From IMG/VR virus record IMGVR_UViG_3300027896_000027: 64,000 nucleotides of DNA. One strand, 5' to 3'. Made by a program: the position numbers and the translations under genes. Below, piece after piece: positions 25,637 to 35,405 of this stretch (positions within the stretch are counted from its first letter, which is position 1; every line of letters starts with the position of its first letter). The DNA comes from an uncultured virus (IMG/VR IMGVR_UViG_3300027896_000027) (taxonomy: Duplodnaviria > Heunggongvirae > Uroviricota > Caudoviricetes). The notes below the pieces were generated by a model. It saw only the letters and a list, made by a program, of their open reading frames with translations, did no database searches and was not told the origin of the DNA.

Positions 25637-27508
25637 ATGGACATTAAATTGCTCAGAACGGTTGCAGAAGAGATCGGGTTATCCAAATTTGGGGAATTTG
25701 GGATTAGCAAGGATTCTTGGGACTGGAAGCAGAAAACTCTCATCGATCTGACCGTTCTGGATAAAAAGAAAATTTTGAAGTTGAGGGGGATTATTGATCC
25801 TTACAAAAATATCCGCGGCACCAGGATCATGATCAGGGATATCGACACGTGGCTCCGTGCTCTGGAAGAAGGGGCTGAGGAGTCTCGTGCACGGAGCTGC
25901 CGACAGTTTGAACCACTTCTCATCCGCCTGATAGGGCAGATTCCAGGCCACAGGATCTACAGACGCGCTGAGGAGTTTGAAGAGATCTATTTGTGTTACT
26001 ATGTGAATGAAATTCGGTTCCACGAAGAGGAGAACAGACAGGGGTACGTGAACCCTGCTTATGTAAGCATGGAAGTGGTTTATGAATCGTTTGGTGGAAA
26101 AAAAGAATTTAATGTTCATTTTCATATCGGAGACATAAGAGGGAAGAGAACTCTTGAGGCGTTAGCTGCTAAAGGGTTTTATCCTGAGACTGAGGAACTG
26201 CGTTCTGCTTATTTAGATCAGATGGTCAGGTTCGGAAAGATAACCAAACAGATCGGCAAGCAGTATCTGACGAAAGGAACAGCCACCGATAAGGACATGG
26301 ATGGGAATCCCATCGGGAGAGATCAAAGCTGGTATTGGAGACGTACTCACATTTATCAAATGGAACAGGAGGGTTTTTCAAGCAGGGTGCTGATCGACGT
26401 TTTTAAAGAAAGCGATGAAGAAGATCGTGAAAGAGAAGTTCACGTCTCTCACTATTTTTGGACCGTTGAAGCCAACAGAAGGCTGATCAATCAGCAGGTT
26501 GAAAAAGAGAAGAAAGGAAGAAAAGAGAACAGGAGGGAAAGAACCATAAAGGATTTGGATCGAGAGGATATGGATGAGATAATAGAGGATCTGGATGTAG
26601 AACCTCCGGAGATCGAAGTGCCGATTCATCCGTATGCTGCTGTCTTTGATATGCGGAGGCACCTGAGGCTTAAGATTCACGTGGATCATCTCAGCGAGTA
26701 TGTTTACGACACAGAGATTTCGGAAAAGCTAATCCTCCCAAAATATCTGAAAGATCTTGTTGCTATGTTGATTGAGCACAAGGGAACTACTTTTAACGAT
26801 ATCATAGAAGGGAAGGGTGGAGGAGCGGTCGTGTTGCTCTGCGGTCCTCCTGGGACCGGAAAGACTCTCACGGCTGAGGTTTATGCAGAAGCTGAGCAGA
26901 AGGGGCTTTATTCTGTGCAGTGTTCTCAGCTCGGTACCGATCCAGAATATCTTGAGGATGAATTGCTTAAGATCTTCACTCGCACTCAGCGGTGGGGGGC
27001 GGTTCTACTCTTGGATGAGGCGGACGTTTACGTTAGGTCGAGAGGGGCTGATCTCGATCAGAATGCCATAGTCGGAGTGTTCCTGCGTGTGCTCGAATAC
27101 CAGAACAATGTTTTGTTTCTTACGACCAATAGGCCCGATGATGTGGACGATGCAATTGCTTCTCGCTGCGTTGCGAGGCTTAACTATAAAATTCCTGGGC
27201 CAGCAGATCAGGCCAAGATCTGGCACGTGTTAGCTGATGCGTCTAAAGTCGATCTCGATGATCGTGTTATTCAAGATATTGTGGCTGGCAATCCTGATCT
27301 GTCTGGCCGGGATGTTAAGAATCTGCTCAAGCTGTCCTGTCTTGTGTCCAGTAATATAGAAATTCCAATTTCTCCGAAGGTTGTAAAGTTTGTTCGGCAA
27401 TTTAAACCGACCCAATCGTCAACGGGTTCTCCTGATGAGGTTGTGGAATTGGATCTGAAGCTGGGAGGGAAACCGTTCAGACCGCGGTTTAAGAGGGGAA
27501 CATCATGA
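25637..27508 (+). CDS. AAA+ ATPase with long N-terminal domain
   Basis: GPPGTGKTLTAE, LLLDEADVY, FLRVLEY, LTTNR..D.D.AIASR. Confidence 0.9.
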   Translation: MDIKLLRTVAEEIGLSKFGEFGISKDSWDWKQKTLIDLTVLDKKKILKLRGIIDPYKNIRGTRIMIRDIDTWLRALEEGAEESRARSCRQFEPLLIRLIGQIPGHRIYRRAEEFEEIYLCYYVNEIRFHEEENRQGYVNPAYVSMEVVYESFGGKKEFNVHFHIGDIRGKRTLEALAAKGFYPETEELRSAYLDQMVRFGKITKQIGKQYLTKGTATDKDMDGNPIGRDQSWYWRRTHIYQMEQEGFSSRVLIDVFKESDEEDREREVHVSHYFWTVEANRRLINQQVEKEKKGRKENRRERTIKDLDREDMDEIIEDLDVEPPEIEVPIHPYAAVFDMRRHLRLKIHVDHLSEYVYDTEISEKLILPKYLKDLVAMLIEHKGTTFNDIIEGKGGGAVVLLCGPPGTGKTLTAEVYAEAEQKGLYSVQCSQLGTDPEYLEDELLKIFTRTQRWGAVLLLDEADVYVRSRGADLDQNAIVGVFLRVLEYQNNVLFLTTNRPDDVDDAIASRCVARLNYKIPGPADQAKIWHVLADASKVDLDDRVIQDIVAGNPDLSGRDVKNLLKLSCLVSSNIEIPISPKVVKFVRQFKPTQSSTGSPDEVVELDLKLGGKPFRPRFKRGTS

Positions 27509-28143
27509 TCAATTTAAAGTCTTTTCGCCACACTCTGGAGCAAAAGAAAGGCGAACGGCAAGTTGTTGAACGGCAGGTGGTTGAATCCGAGAAAAGAGTT
27601 CAAGAGCTTGAGCGAGATATTTCTTTCTCAGAGCAGGCTCAGGTTATAATCCAGGCCGTCGCACGTCAGACTCAGAAGCAATTAGAATACAGGGTAGGAG
27701 AACTTGTGTCGCTGGCTCAAGCTTCTGTGTTTGATGATCCCTGGGTATTAAAGTTGGTCTTTGTACCGAGGAGAGGGAAGACAGAGTGTGATCTCGACTG
27801 GCAAAAGTCTGATGGAGAAAGAGCGTCCACTGATATCCGTTATGGAGGTGGAGGAGGAGAAGCAGACGTTGCTGCCCTGGGTCTGCAGTTTGCAGTTTGG
27901 TCTCTTCAAAGGCCCAAGACTCGGAGCGTCATGTTCTTGGATGAGCCGCTGAAGTGGTTGAAGGGTGGAGATCTACCGGAGCGTGGAGCCTTGATGATCA
28001 AGGAAATAAGCAAAGGGCTGGCGCTGCAGATTTTGATGATCTCCCACATTCCTGATCAGATCGAAGGGGCAGATCGGGTGTTTGAATTTGTTAAGGAAAG
28101 AATTAAAGGAGATTGGGTTAGCCGAACGGAGAGAAAAAGATGA
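27505..28143 (+). CDS. sbcC: SbcC/Rad50 C-terminal half
   Basis: Short coiled coil, degenerate signature GGGGE, Walker B MFLDEP, H-loop ISH. Confidence 0.85.
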   Translation: MINLKSFRHTLEQKKGERQVVERQVVESEKRVQELERDISFSEQAQVIIQAVARQTQKQLEYRVGELVSLAQASVFDDPWVLKLVFVPRRGKTECDLDWQKSDGERASTDIRYGGGGGEADVAALGLQFAVWSLQRPKTRSVMFLDEPLKWLKGGDLPERGALMIKEISKGLALQILMISHIPDQIEGADRVFEFVKERIKGDWVSRTERKR

Positions 28144-28164
28144 GAAGGAGGATAAGGATACAAG

Positions 28165-28389
28165 ATGGAAAGATGTCCTGTTTGTGGCCAATCAGATAAA
28201 TCAGATTTAAGGGGTCTCGCTGCCGCTTTCCTGTTGGCAGCGATCCTATTCTTTATTGGAGGCCAATTGTTTTCTTATTATGTCACCCCAACGCCATTTT
28301 ATAAGGATAGACTTAACCGTACTGAGGAATTAAACAAGGAGCTTAAAAAGGGTTATAATCCACCCTCATTAAAAACGCCGACGAAATGA
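28165..28389 (+). CDS. small membrane protein
   Basis: CPVCG followed by a hydrophobic helix. Confidence 0.55.
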   Translation: MERCPVCGQSDKSDLRGLAAAFLLAAILFFIGGQLFSYYVTPTPFYKDRLNRTEELNKELKKGYNPPSLKTPTK

Positions 28390-28673
28390 AAAAAATGCTT
28401 GGCTCTTGGAAATTTTATGTTATCATTATCTCTCTGGGATTTGCCCTGTGGGTTGTCCCTGAAGTTTTTGATCTAATTAAGCCAAGGCCGTTGTTGAAGA
28501 CTTTTAATAAATCAATTCCGTTTATGATGATTGAACCTTCAAAAAGCTTTTATCAAGAGATCAAGGAGTGGGGCAAGATCATCGGTCAGCTTTTGGCTGG
28601 GATCGGTGGAGTTGGTTCATCGGTCAAGATCTTAATTGGCTTATTCCACCGAAGGAAAAGTTATGACGACTGA
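28386..28673 (+). CDS. small membrane protein
   Basis: Two hydrophobic segments; ATGA overlap. Confidence 0.55.
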   Translation: MKKMLGSWKFYVIIISLGFALWVVPEVFDLIKPRPLLKTFNKSIPFMMIEPSKSFYQEIKEWGKIIGQLLAGIGGVGSSVKILIGLFHRRKSYDD

Positions 28674-29582
28674 GTGTTGGTATGCGATCGACCTAAGGGA
28701 AATTGCTAACAGAATTATGGAGGTCTGTGCTGAGCCGACTGAGCCGATCATCCTTCCTCCCAGCGCTAAGGGCCTTTGCATCTTTTTGGAAATAACGCCA
28801 GGCACGATAGTTGAACTCCTGCTTTCGCGTTCCGATGTCGACTTCATTAACAATGTCTTTAAGGTTAAGGAAACTTTGCAGGAGGGAGGTTATGTTACTG
28901 ATTGAACGAAAAAACTTCGATCGTCACATTAGAATTGTTTTAGCCTTGGGAATTCTCATTGGCCTCGCCTGGGGCTTTTGTGTGGGGATCTTATTTGAGC
29001 AATACCGAGGGACAAGGCCCAAACTGCCCGCTCCAATCATGATGAAAGGGATCGAGTTTTAAATGAGAGTAAGAATTTGGCAAAAAGCTTTGTTCGTAAT
29101 TTTTGTAGGACCTGTTTTGATTGGCTGGGGTGTCTCGAAGGTGGCCAGGAAGATTCAGGAGTGGTGGTGGTTTTGCTTTCCGAAAGAACCTTATTGAAAG
29201 GGGGTGATAAAAGATGAAGAAGAAAGTGGTCACGATTGAGGTGAAGACGGATCTGAACAACAATGATCTTAAAAATGTGTACAAGGAAAGTTGGAATGCA
29301 AATGTGGTTGTTGTTCAGGTGCAAGTCAATCTTATCAAACCTGAAAAGAAGTAAGGAGATCAAAGTGCACTTCATTCCGATCTGGGTGTTTTTGGCGTTG
29401 GCCATGACGGCGTTGACCCTGAATTATGGGGATGGGTTTCTTACCCTATTTTTTTGGGTCAACGCCTGCATGGGCATAGGGGCGTTAACCTATTTAGCTT
29501 ATGCCAAGATCTATCGCTATGAGCATCGAAACGTCTATCGTTATTTAATCAAGTACCTCAAAAATTAAGGAGGAATAGATAA

Positions 29583-29783
29583 ATGAACTTTATTTTAAGA
29601 ATGCGGTCATTGTTTAAGAGGACGGGCGTAAGCTATGACCGTCGAGAAGAATATGAACTGGCTCCGGGATTAAAGTGTACGATTTGCTTTGAAGATAATA
29701 ATAATAACTTGTCGAAAGTTGTTGAACAATTTCTCCGACGAAAGGCTTCGATTGGAGAATTAAGGCAAGTATCGAAATATTAA
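29583..29783 (+). CDS. hypothetical protein
   Basis: Strong AAGGAGG RBS. Confidence 0.5.
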   Translation: MNFILRMRSLFKRTGVSYDRREEYELAPGLKCTICFEDNNNNLSKVVEQFLRRKASIGELRQVSKY

Positions 29784-29946
29784 AGAAGGTTAGGAGCAAC
29801 CTGAGATGCTCCGACAGGGTGATGTCGCCCCGGCGAGTGGTGATAAATACAAAAATGGAGGTATGACATCAGATAAGCAAATAAGGTAAAGAGGCAGGGG
29901 TGATTTTTCATTAATTTATCATTACTCGAAAGGAGAAACAAACAAA

Positions 29947-30276
29947 ATGAAAAAGATGTTACTAATTAGTTTAGTTTTAGCGGTTGCTTTGATAACCGTT
30001 CCTGCATTTGCAGGCCCTTTCGGTGGATTTAGCTTTTCTAAATTCACCGTGTCGGCAAATTCTGGGGCTTCCGTGAGCTCGGTTTCATATAACAACTCAG
30101 GAAGCGGAGCGGCTGCTGGGAACACATCTTATGCGGGTGTGGGTTTTAGCGGCAAAGATGTTACAACTTTGGCAACCACGATTGGGACTACCAGTGGTTA
30201 TGGATACAACACAGCTTCCCAGTTCGGCAATGCTTACGCGACGGGAACCAAGAGTGGATTTGGATTTAGTTTCTAA
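29947..30276 (+). CDS. secreted Gly/Ser/Ala-rich protein
   Basis: Sec signal MKKMLLISLVLAVALITVPAFA; low-complexity mature region ending in F. Confidence 0.75.
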   Translation: MKKMLLISLVLAVALITVPAFAGPFGGFSFSKFTVSANSGASVSSVSYNNSGSGAAAGNTSYAGVGFSGKDVTTLATTIGTTSGYGYNTASQFGNAYATGTKSGFGFSF

Positions 30277-30284
30277 TCCATTGA

Positions 30285-30325
30285 AGAGGAGGGGGCTAAA
30301 CCCCCCTCCTCTAATTTAATTTAAT
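30285..30325 (+). terminator. intrinsic terminator-like hairpin
   Basis: AGAGGAGGGGG-ctaaac-CCCCCTCCTCT followed by an AT-rich tract. Confidence 0.7.
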
Positions 30326-30357
30326 TCTAATCCAATTAAAGGGAGGATGACTGAAAC

Positions 30358-31110
30358 ATGAAAATGAAAATATTTTTAGTAATGTTGATGATCTTAGTAA
30401 TGCCAGTAATGGCGTTTTCCCAAACAATGACCAGTGACTCGAAGGCAGGTGCCCTTGCTGTCAGTTCCCCTACTATCAGCACTACGGTTAGCAGCGAGAA
30501 TGATTCGGGTGCCGTAGCGGCGGTGCTATCTTCTCCGAACTACTTGCAACCTCAACCGATATACCCATATCTGTTGCAGATGGTGCCAGGCATGGGAGGG
30601 CGTGTGCCTGAAGGAGATGTGCCTGACTTCTACTCTATTAAGAGATTGAAGCTGAAGAAAGTCTGGACGAACCCCGTCACAGGCGAGGAGAAGATCATTC
30701 AAGAAGCCGATCAAGTTATCAAGGTTGAGCCTTACACGAGGGGCGGAAGGTGGATGGGCTTCTCCAGGATTGAAGACTACGATCAAGATCTCATCGCACT
30801 GATACCAAAAGTCATGGCGCTGTTCGGACAGAAGGATACCGCTAACATCAGGTTTGACGTCCTGTTTAAAACGTCCCAAAAGTCCATAGGCTCTAACGCT
30901 GGTGGTGGTGGATCGGCGGCGGGTTTTCAGGGCGGAGTTAACCCCGTTGCTTGGGGATCGAACGTTGCCGGCATTGGCGCATTTGCCGTCAATACCTTCG
31001 ACCCAAAGATCACCCTAAAATTCTATCTTATCAAAGCTCCCGATCAATCAAGGAAGGTTTCCGAGTCGGAGTATAAAGATCAGGGCTGGGTAAAGGTAGA
31101 GACAAAATAA
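30358..31110 (+). CDS. secreted protein of unknown function
   Basis: Signal peptide MKMKIFLVMLMILVMPVMAFS; Gly-rich C-terminal segment. Confidence 0.75.
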   Translation: MKMKIFLVMLMILVMPVMAFSQTMTSDSKAGALAVSSPTISTTVSSENDSGAVAAVLSSPNYLQPQPIYPYLLQMVPGMGGRVPEGDVPDFYSIKRLKLKKVWTNPVTGEEKIIQEADQVIKVEPYTRGGRWMGFSRIEDYDQDLIALIPKVMALFGQKDTANIRFDVLFKTSQKSIGSNAGGGGSAAGFQGGVNPVAWGSNVAGIGAFAVNTFDPKITLKFYLIKAPDQSRKVSESEYKDQGWVKVETK

Positions 31111-31474
31111 AGTTCACTGGAGGCAGCCAATGGCGGGTGAAATCCTCTGCGGTGACAGTTCGATGAAGGATGCCGTGGTGAGTGTCAGTCCTGCAACCCT
31201 AACCTGCTCATTGGTCGCCTTTAGGAGAAAAAAGGAGTTCTGCAAGACCCCTTGGTAGTTGGAAGGATGTTGGATGGGTTGCTGCAGCGACAGAAAGGAG
31301 AAAGATAGAAAATGATGACCGAAGAAGAGTGGGAAGAACTGAGGCAGCTCGGGATGACCCACGGTCGGGGGCTATCCAAACGGGGAAGAGAGCTTCTGGA
31401 TAAGACGGCAAAAGAAGACGAGCATCCGGAGAACTACGACGGTCCCTGCGAGTGTTATCTCTGCAGGAGTTACG

Positions 31475-31864
31475 GTGATTGAACAGAAAGGAGGATCGAA
31501 GATGTTCAGGAGGTATTGCTCGAAGGGAGGCAAGGTGAATTTTGGAGTCGACTCGGTTCGGGTCTCCAACCAGGTGCTGGCTTTCTCTGTGGAGGTCTGG
31601 GAAAAGTGCTTCAGCAAGTGCCCGAAGATGGCCCTCTTCTTTGAAGAAGAGTCTAACCTCATCGGCCTTAGAGGAGACACCGTCGGGCTTGCCGTTGTAG
31701 ATTCTCAGCCTGGAAAGCCTGGATGTTACAAGGTGGTCAGGTGGGGAGGGTTCGTCAAGGCCATTAAGTTCAACTTTGAAGAGCCTGTTATGAAGAGACT
31801 CGTCCGGTCTAATCAGAGCGACATGTGGACGATTGAACCCTCAATAGAATCACCGAAGGAGTGA
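31475..31864 (+). CDS. hypothetical protein
   Basis: ORF with GGAGG RBS before the Met near 31502. Confidence 0.5.
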   Translation: MIEQKGGSKMFRRYCSKGGKVNFGVDSVRVSNQVLAFSVEVWEKCFSKCPKMALFFEEESNLIGLRGDTVGLAVVDSQPGKPGCYKVVRWGGFVKAIKFNFEEPVMKRLVRSNQSDMWTIEPSIESPKE

Positions 31865-32400
31865 GAAAGGTGAAGGAAAAGATATCCCAGGGATCTGGTT
31901 GTGATTGGAAGCCTGAGTTTTGTAGGCTGAGAGGTTATTGTCTGATGGGGTTGAAGAGGTGTCGAAAGCAAAAGAAGGCAAGCCCAAAGAGGGAACCCTA
32001 TAAGGCGAAAAAGGTCAGGGTGGGGGATCTGAAGTGAAGTGGCTCATCATTTTCGTTTTGTGTATCTCTTTAACGATTGCTGTCTGCTTTTTATTGAGAA
32101 TTTTTGAATAAGGAAGCCAAAGAGGGGAAAGATGGGTAAGATTTGCTATGATTGTGCAACCGAGAAAATAAATGGCGTCTGTCCAAATTGTTATCCTGAC
32201 GAGATTAAGGTTAAGGGGGCATCAAAGGTGGATGAGGAGAGGGTGAAGGAAATTGAGCGAGATATGCTTCCACAAAACTACCTTAATCCCTTCAAGGCAA
32301 AGGCGCATATTGAGTATCTCCTTTCTCGCATAACAAAAGAAAAGTAGTGCCCCATATATATAAAAAATAGCCAAGGAGTAGGAGGAGGAGGCATAAAGAG

Positions 32401-32661
32401 ATGCAGACAGAGGAACAGGTCATATTGGTCTCATGGTCGAGTATAGCGAGGGCCTGTGGGGTGTCGGTCCCGGTGATGAAGAGATGGGCCAAGCGGTATG
32501 GGATGCCCTATGTGAGACTGTGTGGCAAGGTTACCATTCCCCGCTCCACACTGGTCGAGTGGGTCCAGAATCTTTGTCTCATGGTTAGTCGGGATGGAGG
32601 AGGGGAGGAAGGGGATAAGTTTGTTTTACAGAAGTTAAAAAACCTGGGAAGGATTAAATGA
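32401..32661 (+). CDS. HTH DNA-binding protein
   Basis: SWSSIARACGVSVPVMKRWAKRYGMP. Confidence 0.7.
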   Translation: MQTEEQVILVSWSSIARACGVSVPVMKRWAKRYGMPYVRLCGKVTIPRSTLVEWVQNLCLMVSRDGGGEEGDKFVLQKLKNLGRIK

Positions 32662-32809
32662 GGGGGAGGAAGGGGAGTGGTTTAATATATAATTGCCCAG
32701 GATATGGAGGGCTGTATAAGGATGGTGTATGAGCCAACAAGCATAGAAATTACCTATATTCCTACCGTAGTATCTCAAATAAATGTCATAAGTCCTACAA
32801 ATTAGAGTC

Positions 32810-32838
32810 TTGATTTCTTCTACCAAGTTCCCTATAAT
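32810..32838 (+). promoter_or_regulatory. sigma70-type promoter of the packaging/late operon
   Basis: TTGATT-17 nt-TATAAT; same -35 as the promoter at 1564. Confidence 0.65.
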
Positions 32839-32868
32839 CGTAAGTAAATCTTAAAAGGATGTGGGCAG

Positions 32869-33285
32869 GTGAGCGGTATGGCGGGCCATGAGCCAACCAA
32901 AGAACAATGCCAACAGGCAACACAGAAAGCCATCGAAGCCTCCCGGCACGAACTTGAGACACGGGGCATTGGATGGGATCTCCTCTCAGGGAAACTCAAA
33001 GAGGAGCTTGACTACTCTGAGCCTACTCTGTTGAGGGAATACAAAGTTATCAAGACCGGGAAGAAGACTCGTCGAGTAGTTGCCTCACATAAGAAGGTCA
33101 ACCTCAAGACCCCGGCGGCCATGACGATAGCCCAGAAGGCAAGGATCTCCGCCCACGAACTCTCTGGACATTTTCCTCCCAAAGAGACTCACATCGCAGG
33201 TCCTGGGGGAGGTCCGATATCGTTGCAGAAGTTATTGGTTGAGTTTATTAAACCAGACTCCATCAAACCAAAAGAGAAAGAGTAG
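32869..33285 (+). CDS. probable terminase small subunit
   Basis: Directly upstream of TerL; C-terminal HIAGPGGGPI motif typical of TerS. Confidence 0.65.
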   Translation: MSGMAGHEPTKEQCQQATQKAIEASRHELETRGIGWDLLSGKLKEELDYSEPTLLREYKVIKTGKKTRRVVASHKKVNLKTPAAMTIAQKARISAHELSGHFPPKETHIAGPGGGPISLQKLLVEFIKPDSIKPKEKE

Positions 33286-33299
33286 AGAGAGGAGGATTC

Positions 33300-34829
33300 C
33301 TGCAGACACAAACCCTCCGTTTTATTCGTACTACCCCAACCCTTTCCCCAACAATCCTACCCCAACCCACGACAAATATTAATCCTCTACACTCTCAACT
33401 ACCTATTGTCCAAATACCAGAAGCAATGGCCTTCCTCTTCGAGTCAGCCAGGTATAAGGTGGCCTATGGAGGTCGAGGAGGGGTGAAGTCCTGGTCGTTT
33501 GCCAGGGCACTCCTACTCCTGGGCGCTCAGAATAGATTGAGGATATTATGTGCCCGGGAATTTCAAAACTCAATTAAGGATTCGGTCCATCAACTACTGG
33601 TCGACCAAATTCTTTTGATGGGCCTTCAGGACTACTACCAGACCCTCAATACGGAGATAAGGGGCATTACAGGGACAGAGATCTTTTATGTAGGACTCAA
33701 GAGTAATGTCAATAGGGTCAAGTCAATGGAAGGCATTGACATCTGCTGGGTGGAGGAAGCCGAGAAGGTTTCAGAGAACTCCTGGCAGGTCCTCATTCCA
33801 ACCATCCGTAAGGAAGGTTCCGAGATATGGATATCCTTCAACCCACACCAAGAGACGGACCCCACCTACAAGAGGTTCAAGACGAGCCCTCCGCCCGAGT
33901 TCTTATCCAGCGGCAAGCGTTACTGCTTCATAAAAGAGACTGGCTGGAGGGATAACCCCTGGCTTCCAGAAGAGCTGGAGTTGGAGAAGGACTATCTGGC
34001 TCGAGTCGACAGGGATGCCTACGACCATGTGTGGGGAGGGCAAGTTCAGCGTAAGTCCAACTCCCAAGTCATGCATGACAAGTGCATTATGGACGCCTTC
34101 ATTCCTGACCTGACCCTTTGCGATTGTGGTCATAAGATTGATAAGCACTCACTGCCCTCTGGGCAGGAGGTCCCCTGCCGGGCATGTGGCTGTAGAGAGT
34201 TTAAGCTTGCTTGGAAGGGCCCTTACTATGGGGCAGACTGGGGCTTTGCGTCTGATCCAGTGGTACTAATAAAGAATTGGATCTATGGGAGAAAGCTCTA
34301 TGTTGAAGAAGAGTTCTGGAAGGTGGGGGTGGAGCTTGACCAACTGCCTGCGGCCTTCGACACCATCACAGGGGCCAGGGAGCATACCATACGGGCAGAC
34401 AACTCCAGACCCGAAACGATCTCCTATCTCAAGAACCATAAAGAAAACCCTTACCCGAAAATCATCGCGGCAGAAAAGGGGCCGGGTAGCATAGAGGATG
34501 GCATCTCCTACCTGAGGGCCTTCGAGCAGATAGTCATTCACCCCAGGTGTGTTCATACGGATGAGGAGTCCAGGACCTATAAGCACAAGGTCGACCCCTT
34601 GACCGGAGATGTGCTGCCAGATATCATCGACAAGAACAACCACTGCTGGGACTCCATTAGATATAGTCAGGAGCCGATGATCAAGAGGCGTCAGATGCCC
34701 GGACTGTTTTTCGTTGGGACAGACGAGAGGGGGAAGGTCAAACATCCAGATGACCGACATCAGACTACACTCAGGAGCATGGGTGGGTTGGTGGACGCCA
34801 GGGCAGAGGCGTGGTTCAGAGGAGATTGA
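33300..34829 (+). CDS. terminase large subunit (PBSX/SPP1-like); probable CTG start at 33300
   Basis: YGGRGGVKS, CAREFQNSIKDSV, WVEEA, SFNP, GADWG, DKNNHCWDSIRY; frame open from CTG after GAGGAGG (ORF track starts at 33426). Confidence 0.92.
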   Translation: MQTQTLRFIRTTPTLSPTILPQPTTNINPLHSQLPIVQIPEAMAFLFESARYKVAYGGRGGVKSWSFARALLLLGAQNRLRILCAREFQNSIKDSVHQLLVDQILLMGLQDYYQTLNTEIRGITGTEIFYVGLKSNVNRVKSMEGIDICWVEEAEKVSENSWQVLIPTIRKEGSEIWISFNPHQETDPTYKRFKTSPPPEFLSSGKRYCFIKETGWRDNPWLPEELELEKDYLARVDRDAYDHVWGGQVQRKSNSQVMHDKCIMDAFIPDLTLCDCGHKIDKHSLPSGQEVPCRACGCREFKLAWKGPYYGADWGFASDPVVLIKNWIYGRKLYVEEEFWKVGVELDQLPAAFDTITGAREHTIRADNSRPETISYLKNHKENPYPKIIAAEKGPGSIEDGISYLRAFEQIVIHPRCVHTDEESRTYKHKVDPLTGDVLPDIIDKNNHCWDSIRYSQEPMIKRRQMPGLFFVGTDERGKVKHPDDRHQTTLRSMGGLVDARAEAWFRGD

Positions 34830-34873
34830 CAGAGCATGGGCAAAGATAGCAAGTAGATGAGGAGGATAATCAA

Positions 34874-35113
34874 ATGACACTACTCAACAAGGATGGTTTA
34901 AAGGTTAAGTTTGCGAAAGACCTGCTTGAGGACCTCACCCTCATGGACTCTCAGGTCAAGGCGCTGAACGACGAGCTGACGCTCGAAGACGGCTACGCAG
35001 TGGACCCGTCCTTCGTGACGAACTACGAGAATGCCCTGTTGGCCGTTGCCCTGATCTTGGGGAACGAGAAGTCGAGGCTTGAGGCCGTGGCCGTGGCGCT
35101 TCACACTAAGTGA
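34874..35113 (+). CDS. hypothetical protein
   Basis: GAGGAGG RBS. Confidence 0.6.
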   Translation: MTLLNKDGLKVKFAKDLLEDLTLMDSQVKALNDELTLEDGYAVDPSFVTNYENALLAVALILGNEKSRLEAVAVALHTK

Positions 35114-35141
35114 TTGCATTGATCAAGGGAGATTGAGAAAG

Positions 35142-35405
35142 ATGAGCAAAGATAGTAAGATGATGAGAAAGGAGCTGCGGCGGTTCACTAAAGGTAGGGT
35201 GGCTGAGCTGAACCCCAGGGATGTCGTGAGAGCTTTCATCGACGAGTGCATGAGCAGAACGCTATGGCAGAGATTGAGGTTGGGACTCGGATTGGTGATG
35301 AAGTCGTGGAAGATCTTGCCGGTGCACGTGACCGTCGACGAGGTGAGGAAAGAAAAGGGTCCGCATCCAGCAGTTGCGGCGGAGACAGGGACAGAAGCGA
35401 AATGA
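35142..35405 (+). CDS. hypothetical protein
   Basis: ATG at 35142; stop overlaps the next start. Confidence 0.5.
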   Translation: MSKDSKMMRKELRRFTKGRVAELNPRDVVRAFIDECMSRTLWQRLRLGLGLVMKSWKILPVHVTVDEVRKEKGPHPAVAAETGTEAK

